This document shows positions 55,501-64,000 of a stretch of 64,000 bases of DNA, piece by piece (the stretch's first letter is position 1; each line of letters begins with the position of its first letter). This DNA comes from Trichoplax sp. H2. Taxonomy: Eukaryota. The notes under the pieces were generated by a model. That model was not told the origin of the DNA, made no database searches, and saw only the letters and a list, made by a program, of their open reading frames with translations. The stretch spans positions 1,364,001 through 1,428,000 of the forward strand of contig NOWV01000003.1 in NCBI GenBank assembly GCA_003344405.1, in the 5' to 3' direction. Position numbers and translations under genes: made by a program.

Positions 55501-58500
55501 ATCATTTGTAAAATATTGTTAATAAGCGCAAACAGCTAGTAAGAAGATTTAGATATTGTATTAACATGTTTTGGTACAGGCCATATTTTAGATTTACTGC
55601 GCTATCGCATAGTAAGAAAGCTGGTATAAATATATAGAAATGATCGATAATACAGGTTAGTACTCTATCAATTAGTAACTAATCACTTTTTGCAGAAATT
55701 TAGTTAGTAATATGAAGCTTGGTTATGTATCAGTAGGGTTATATCGTTAATTACACTAATTTCATATGCGTATATTTCAAAGAGCTTTGATACGTCAAAT
55801 CATAACAATTCGGGGGGGGGTATCGCATCCGGTATGTTAATTGGATTCACATGCGAATGAAATTGTGAAAAGGCTGTAGCAGTAATAAACTATAATACAC
55901 GAGATTAAAAATGCTGCTAAAGACATCAGTCACCCCCGTTTGGTTAGTTGCTTTTGCAAGCTAATGCAGTTAGGAAGGCAAAGCATCAATAGTATGAGTA
56001 TGTCTGGTTTATAATATATACAAAGTTTTTACCCTTCACATCGATATAAAGTGGATTTTCTTGAATTTCCTCAACGGAATTATCGGGTAGATTACAGTGA
56101 TCGAGGCACACATCTAAGTAAATTGATTTATATTTGGATTTTTCTGTTGGCGTGATAAATAAAAGATGTATTGAAGACTACGTGTAAATAGAACCGTTAA
56201 AAGCCTGTTTTATAAAATTGAAATATCGAAATTGCAGACCTTCTCCCTTTTATCCTAATTAAGGTAAATATATTGCATATACTTATAGTTCATGCAAATT
56301 ATCATATACTGTTTTTAAAATAAAAGATATCACTTTGCAGTAACTTGTTAGCTAATTCTAGTTGTGACCCTTGAGAAGTACATAGTTGAACAACAAAGGA
56401 CTGTCAGATTGGTATTACTACCAGTAAAAATATTTTGTTTGCTTATTACTCGTACCGCCCCTATCTTGTGGAGGGAGATCAAGGCTCACTGGTGGTTCTC
56501 TAACAGGTGGTTCAGGTATTGGTGGTGGTGTTGGAGAGTTAGTGTCTAGTATAAAAATTGAATATTAAAATACATCTTTTTCATACAGCATAACAGCTGT
56601 CTGCGTCTTTCCTTCCCAACATTTATTAGTTATCATTTTATTAGTTAGAAACTGTAATTTCTCCTTAAGATATTATCATAAGCTATTTACTTAATGAAAT
56701 CAAGCATGGATTACTAAAAATTTCAATCATAATTTAACTAGGATAAATATCTTTGTACATGTATTAGATATCATAACCACTCACATATAATATCAATCTG
56801 AATCAGCTTTCTTACCTGACTCATACAGTATGGCTTCACAGAACCTTGATGTCCAGAAATCTGTTTGGAAAATTGTAAGTATACTGATTAAAAAATGATA
56901 GTGTAATCTTCACGTATATTGTCTCATATTATACGTAACTTATTGCTATCAATCGTAAAAATTTTATTACTTTCGCCCATAAGTGCAAATGTAGCTAATT
57001 CTGCTTCATTCTTTGCTTTTCTTACTGCTAACGGTAATTGCAGCTGGCATGGTAATCCAGCGTTAATGTAATCGCAGTAAAAAGCAATTAAATACTCTAA
57101 ATTAGGATAAGGCTCAACATTTGATCCATCAATATAGCAGCCTAAATTCAAATACGAGCTAAAAGTTAATCTTGCCGCACTGCATACAGAATAGGTTTTA
57201 CCAAAAATAATTTTAACAGATTAATACGCTAAAGGAATTTTATCTTATTGACCTTTATCTGTGAAATTAATTAGGTAATGATTAACTTCTGCGGATTTGT
57301 CACTAACTTTCACGGATAAGCAGGGATGCTTTAGCTTACTCGATTTTCTGACAATAAAGTACTAAGTAGAAATAAATAATAATCACGATACATTTTAAGA
57401 CAAATGAATTATTTCAGTAGTAAGATCTAGAACTTACTCCCTTTGGAAATTGACTTAACATTTCCATAGCTAATATAATCAATCCATTTTGATAATTGAA
57501 AACATGGAAGTCAATTAAAGGATATGAATTTAGTATGTTAACAAAACTCTAATTATAATCTATTGCTTTAAAATAACAGTGGTTAACAATTTACTAAAGG
57601 AGTCACTACTTTTAACATTTACCTTTTTCTCGATTAACGGTAGGGTGATACCAAATTGACTGAGTATTATACAATCTATGATAGGTATCTTTTAATTCGG
57701 GTATGATGTCTTTATTTGCAACAATCTGGTTCTATTAAGAGATCGTATAAATAGTTGGAAGTTATTTATTGATATACAATACGCCAACATTGTAGCGATG
57801 TTCATAATCATTTGAGTATTCGTATTTTCAGTATTTTTATAGGACGCCGGTAAATGAAATATTTTGCATCTCTTATCAACACACTATAAGAACGTCTACA
57901 GTAAAAAATTGCAGGAACTATTATGTAATTATATCATTAAGTTAAATTACTGTAGGTTGCTACTTTCTTACTTTAAAAAGAATTTCTTGAATTCGTTCCG
58001 AACTGAAACAGTAAAATAGTTTATCAATATTTCAGTCCAACTTGAAGTTTTGTTATTAAGGCATTACTATCAGCATGAAATTATAATTTAATATATTACA
58101 AATTTTAAGATCTCATGATATCAATTGCGTTTTAAACAATGCGTTAGTAACAATAATTATTTACAGTATACTCGTATAGTCATAAATTAGGTACTCATGA
58201 AAGCTAATAATTTGATTAACTATTTATAAGATAACAATGATAATTTCATTTTATGAAGCATAGCAATAGTCTTATACCTAGCCTCCTGCGCAGACGACTG
58301 TATGTTATCTTCCGTAAATAGGTATCAAAGAATAAATTAGAAAATTTTTCGACTCGATATATATTATCATGATATGCCAAATGAATATTATTATTGAATT
58401 CTTAATAATCGTAGAATAAAACTTATTCATACCGTCATCATCAGCACCCGGCATGTCCCCCTCAAAAGGATACATTGATAGGTGGCGGTCGAAAATTGTG

Positions 58501-59953
58501 TTATTGCTTGATGTGCTTACCTCACTTTAGCAATGAAAACAGAAAGTATTTAAATTAGAAATTTGCGGAATACATATTTACAGTATATATTTTTGCTTCA
58601 CTAATAGGTACTATAATAAGGAAAAAAGATAAAAATCGAAAGCCACGACCAACCTGCCAGATCTAGATTTTGCACGTTAAACAAAGAAATTGTAATAGAC
58701 ATGTAAAATAAGGTTAAAATAATGTTAAGCTGCCATTATAGTTATTTGTTATGCGTAGTTTTTATCCATTTATAACGTAAAGTAATAATGATAATTGTAT
58801 CTTATTTTACCTAGACAGACTATAGTAATAGTGAATTACTTTTTTACTGATAAATTATAACAAGGCTAAAAGTGAAGAAATGGTTTGACTGAATTAATTT
58901 CTTTCATCCTCGTATTATAATATTTAGGGAAAATTAAAAATATATTGAATTACAGCGATCACTTATTTTTATATTAAAGATACTCGGTGAGCCTCGTTAA
59001 TATGAATCACGCTTCATTACTGATATTAACCTCAAATTGCTACTTCTGAATGTAAGATTTACAACAGTATTAATTGTGAAGAAATGGTCATCCAATTAAG
59101 TTAACCTTAATTCATTAATATAAGCGATACACAGTATTAAAATTGAACCAATTTGTTAGCGTAGAAGCATTAGTATTACAGTATAACAACAATACTAATG
59201 TATTATACTACTTTAGTGTTAGTTCATACAGAAGATGATTGGAAAGAATAAAAGTGATATTTCTATTATTAAATTCCACTATTACCCATTCATATACAAT
59301 TTTAAAAATCTATTTATTGCCAATGCTAATTACAAACTAAGTAATTAATCACTAAAACTAAAGTTGAAATTTGTTGAAGATTTTGAAAATTATTCTTTAA
59401 TAGTAGGAAATCAATTGAATTACAATCAAGATGTGTGATACTTGATGATAGAGAGTTACATAGCAATATTCATCGCAACTTACCTTGAATCAGTAGTAAT
59501 ACGATCTTGACATTCTTGAAGATGTCTGTTGAAATAGTCGTTGGCCCTCTATTATACAAGGTATTATAGGTGTAAGTTACGGTATTATTCTATTCTATAC
59601 GTGTGTAAATCTCGAATAAAATCGTTCCAATATAGATTATGAAGCTGCGAACAGAGTTCATAGGTTATTTATCATAAAACGAGTAAGTGCAATAATAAAA
59701 TGGTGATTGATCAAGTTCATAGTAAGCTAAAGATAAAAGTTCAGTCAATCCTGTTCACATAAATGTCTAAAATCTGATTAACTTTATATAGAGTTAATTT
59801 AAGCTCAAAAGCTCATGCTTGTATCATACAAAGCTATTCTTCGTCTATAAGTTGATCAAACACCTGTGGAATGGACGTAAGCTGTTTCATCGGATTACTT
59901 ACTAAACGATAGTCTATCGATGATCGAGGCCTTGCAAATGGATTAGTAGCCAT
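52502..59953 (-). CDS. RIN-family (Ras and Rab interactor) Rab5 GEF: SH2, proline-rich segment, VPS9; ~16 exons
   Basis: SH2 YFIVRKS...YLIAFYC...LPCQLQLPLAV...LATFALMGENFW (RIN signature); PTPPPIPEPPVR; ALEGCLHDIITKPLKKYI; VPS9 YSPILKI...LSADDFIPLLIYII...GESAYYATAF. ATG 59953; TAA 52502-52504. Confidence 0.85.
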
Positions 59954-61027
59954 TTCTATCGAGTATTTCGCATAATGTAGAGGAGAACTTGAAATGGAGA
60001 ACATGAATTCATTAGGCAAATATTAAAAGGAGATAAAAAAATTTATTTAAAAGCAACAAAGATTATTTGTAACGCTTGATCTAAACTATTACAACTTTAT
60101 TACTTTATTGCTTGGCTAACTAGTTGATGAGTATTTTGATTGATAAAATTTTATCTAGGATTAATAGCCGTCGCTAAATAACGATTGTATTTTCTATTAG
60201 AAACTTTTCGATAATTAATGTAATCAGTTTAAAATGTCTGATATGAAACCTTTTTTTTCAAACACTCTACTACTGTACTGTGTACCGTAGATGTCGAAGT
60301 ATATTATAACTTGATGGTAAACACTTTTGTGGATGTAATTTTATCTACTGTACAATTAAAAATTTTCTTTTAAGTGGTCTAATGGGTAGCCATAGTTAGC
60401 ACCGATGATTTAAATTAGAATCGTCTGTAGCAGTCAAAACTATCTACCCGTGCATGCACGTACGTCTTGGTCATGCTATCTTAGCCTTCAATACTAAACC
60501 ACTTAAGTTGGCTAGATAGGATAGCACAGATATTAGATAAGCTGCGATAGTATTGATAAAAGGTTGAAATGGTTTTTTCCCTGCATAAATGTGGAATTGC
60601 GTCAATAGATGATCCTATCGTACAATATAAATTATTCCACTTTGCTATACTGTATTGACGTACTGATTAAAATTGCTGTTTACCTTTAAAATGATGAGTT
60701 TTTCTCTCTTCTTCAGCTTCAAAGGCTGATGTCTCTTGAATCTTGATCAATTGGCGCTTTTTATTCGATGCTATAGAGATAACAATATCCGGAGATCGAT
60801 TGCTATTAGTAGTATACGAGTAAGTTATTTCAATCAAACGATCAAGACTCGTATCTTACTGGCACACCAGGATGCAATTTTCCTGGTATTAACAGAATTG
60901 ATCTTTTCTGGAGTCTCTTCGGCCTGGGGAACTACTTGCTGTGGTTAGAATAGAATTGAAATACTTGTATAAATTAATCAGTTGGCTAGCTCCGCCCAGT
61001 TTGAAGGCCAATATCCATACTGTACTG

Positions 61028-63620
61028 TGCGGTATGTGCTCAAATAGCGCTCATTATGAGGGATTTTGGACGAGTTAGTCCTTGTTTACGCTGTCTCGAA
61101 TTGGCATGGATAAAAGGTTGTAAGGTTCTACTACTACGTTGATACTCCACAACGATTACCTTACCTATAGGTAGAGATCGTAATTCTTTTACTATTTTTT
61201 ATTGATAGGCCTTGATACTATTTTTACTTTACGGCAATCATCATAGAATCACTATAGTGAGTTGAAGATGAAGAAGGTTGTGCAATGGAGTGTGCATTCA
61301 TGTTAGCCTCTAGCACTAATCCTGCTATACAGTACTCTATTACCGACCATAGATATACGGTAGACTGTATTATCCAGTCATGCTTGTCGATTGTAATGAC
61401 ATGTTCGAGTATCTATTCTATCAATTGCCACCATGCATCATTAATTAACATGGAGTTCAATTAAATTGAATGTTATTCATGGATATGGCACAACATGACC
61501 CACGATAGCTATGTATAAATTATCTTCAGCATCTGTTGTATAATGTTAAGTCCTACAACATATTCAGTAGTTCTAGACCATTGAAAATAATGAACTGCAT
61601 TGATTGATCGGATTCTATAATTTAGTAAGATTCCGTCCATCGTCATTGCGACATGCGATTGTCGTGAGGATAATCCATGCCCAATTTTGAAATTGGTTGT
61701 CATCAATGATGAGCATGCATTTACTCATGACACAACTACCCTTAAAAAACCGATCTGAAATGGATGATTGCGTTATTGCAGTTGTCCATGAAATCATCCA
61801 ATTGAATGAATGATTTGGCAATTTTTTCGTATCCATTTTACGACGGCATTCCATCTCTTTCGATAATTATAGGAAGCCTAGACGCGTACAGTAAGATAAT
61901 CTAGTAGTCAATTTCCTTTCCATCGATTGTATATGTAGACTATGTACCCATTCATTTGAAGGGGAAATTTACTAGATATCATCATCAATATTAAGTCAGT
62001 ATCTTAAGATAGAAATAAGTATACCGATCCAATTGTTTCCTTTCGTTTCCAGTAAGAAGGTATAGACAAATATCTGATCGGTACTTACGATTGTGAGAAA
62101 ACGAATAAATGAGAGAAGTAATCCTTCATTAATCCATTAATTAACTCACTAGTGTAGTGGTCCTCGGAATGGCCAATCGCATCGATAGACATAACTCATC
62201 ATGCCTACAGTACAGTTAAGGTACAGTATTGCACTTTGACTTCAACATGAGACCATACACTACCTGTAGACTGGATTTTACTATCTCGGTATCAAGTGGT
62301 CCGTCCGTCTCGGTATCAAGTGGACTGTTACGGTACGGTAACCGGTACTCAAGCTATAGACCATCATGTGCAAAACGAGTTGTCATGCCGTTAACCCATT
62401 ACCATGGTTACAGATAGGAAGTATTATACAGAGTAGATTGTTAACCATGACAACTCATTTTACACATTTACTTTCTCTTTGACTATCGGACAGATTCACT
62501 CCATTGCTTATGTTGTAGGTTTTTATAGATCTTATATAGTGTTCGGACTACAATACGCTACACTACCCTGTCCACTTGTCCTTCCTTGTTGGCTATTTGA
62601 CGGTAAATACTTTTAGCCATATTTTGAACCCTTCTTCTTGCCTTGTCGTGAGTCAATGTAGACTGCTAATATGAACTAGAAAATCCATGTTAACTCCTTT
62701 CCCCTATGCTTGAAATAACTCATTTCAATCCATTGGCTAAGTAACGTTGTTATGCTATATTATGTCTTATTTCGTTGCCGGTCTGCAATCGTTATTCGAG
62801 CGAATTCCTCAATTCATCCAGACGATCAGCGCTCAAGTCTCCATTCCCAGAACTGATGTTGTCTTTCAATGGAATGAACCATGTCGAGTTGGCCGAGAAG
62901 TAACTTTCTCAGTCCTTGTAAGTTGATCACTTCTACATGAGTCCATTTTAGTGGTGACTGTTTTCTCCTACATGGTCTATATAGACTAATAGAACGTTAT
63001 GCTTGGCTTGATCTTGTACTACAATGACGATATTATTTTCATATAAGGGCATATTCAACTCTTGTGGCCATACCTTAACTACTATTGTATATCTAGGTCT
63101 AGTTCTACCATCATCATAAAATGCCCGATAGGTATAATCATGTCATCAGGGACTACTAGGATTTTCTTCCAGTCCCTGATCTAACTTTCGACCTGTAGGA
63201 TAACTAAAATTCCCCGCGTTATCCATCCTAATTCAGAATTGAATGTAACAGCTGGTCGATGAGAAGAAGGAGAATGGAACTAGATTGGAAAATATTTGTT
63301 GTCATTGAAAATGTGCATTTACAGTGAATGTATTACAAGATTAGATAATTTAAAACAGACTGATTGCTTCAAGTTTGGTATACAGTCGAATACTTTAGCA
63401 TCTTTTCCAAGTATAGCACTATAATATTCATCTATAAGAATTTTAATGACGTGGTAATAATGTGTAGCTAATGCTCTTAGAAAGCAAGAATAGATCATAC
63501 GTATGTATGACAGTGGTAAACAAATCCCACTGTCCAGTACGTTGTAATACTGCAAATGGTGTTGAGAAAGATGTACTAATCATGGAGTTATTGATAAAAA
63601 TGATACTGACTCAACGACTA
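61028..63620 (+). mobile_element. Heavily decayed Ty3/Gypsy-like LTR retrotransposon gag-pol relic
   Basis: Motifs in canonical order, with stops and frameshifts: knuckles CGMCSNSAHYEGFW (61028) and CLRCLELAWIKGC (61083); possible protease GLDT (~61210); RT fragments VNVDC, MN*KIHVNSFPL, YFVAGLQSLFERIP/IHPDDQR, FQWN, LYYNDDIIFI (~63015), VYLGLV, QGLLGF; RNase H TD(A)SS(F)GI (~63360), HCPV, ELLI. Confidence 0.6.
62366..62467. repeat. ~100-bp imperfect inverted repeat (MITE-like hairpin)
   Basis: ATGTGCAAAACGAGTTGTCATG(CC)GTTAAC pairs with GTTAACCATGACAACTCATTTTACACAT. No clear TSD. Confidence 0.6.
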
Positions 63621-64000
63621 CTAAAAAAGTCCCTGATTGAATGTAGCATCAAATGGGAGACTGTAGGCATTCAAGAATTCTATCATAATTAATATAGATG
63701 AGTACAAAGGATATTCCATGGATTATGAAGTCATTATGTAATCCTTGGATATATAAGACACGATGAAAATTTCAATCTTAAATGCTATATCGGTTAAGAC
63801 AGTAATTGAAAAAGTTATACGCGTACAAAACCAGTTAATTTATAGTACATCTCGATAGTGAAGGGAATAAGAAATACAGACATGAAATTAATTTATTGTC
63901 ATAACTATAAGTATTTCCTTGCAAAACAATACGAGTAGCCATTATGAACTGTCTTATACTATATTGTACGAGTTAGCGTTAATAATCATTAGATCAAAAA

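Noticed and set aside
55812..55820. G9 run in a RIN intron as a G-quadruplex
   Set aside because: Single homopolymer tract with no additional G-runs.
58464..58473. GTATCCTTT on the minus strand as a U12 intron donor
   Set aside because: It lies inside an open RIN exon (SMYPFEG) with normal GT-AG ends. A similar ATATCCTTT at 53761 is on the non-coding strand.
63146..63180. 10-bp-stem hairpin ATCAGGGACT...AGTCCCTGAT
   Set aside because: Lies within the decayed RT region, has no supporting context, and could be chance.

Overview
AT-rich eukaryotic, intron-dense genomic DNA from a scaffold with a 20-N gap. Compact introns, low GC and gene content suggest an early-branching animal such as the placozoan Trichoplax; this is inference only. 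Six spliced genes were reconstructed by hand: the 3' part of a LIM-homeobox gene Lhx1/5 (+), codanin-1/CDAN1 (-), TM7SF3 (+), a MyTH4-FERM x2 unconventional myosin, probably Myo22-like (-), canonical poly(A) polymerase (+), and an SH2-VPS9 RIN-family Rab5 GEF (-). Mobile DNA: a 427-bp solo-LTR-like element in three copies with 5-bp TSDs, an empty site and a chimeric copy (1.3-4.5 kb), and a heavily decayed Ty3/Gypsy-like gag-pol relic (about 61.0-63.6 kb) that the ORF track misses. Most notable: (1) dense, self-complementary (TACAG)n/(CTGTA)n blocks just upstream of apparent first exons, a candidate lineage-specific promoter code; (2) a myosin motor with degenerate P-loop, switch I and SH1 motifs plus a ~135-aa loop-2 insert, a candidate pseudo-motor; (3) apparent C-terminal domain losses in CDAN1 and RIN. 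Splice models and family calls come from reading the sequence and recalled motifs, not from database searches.
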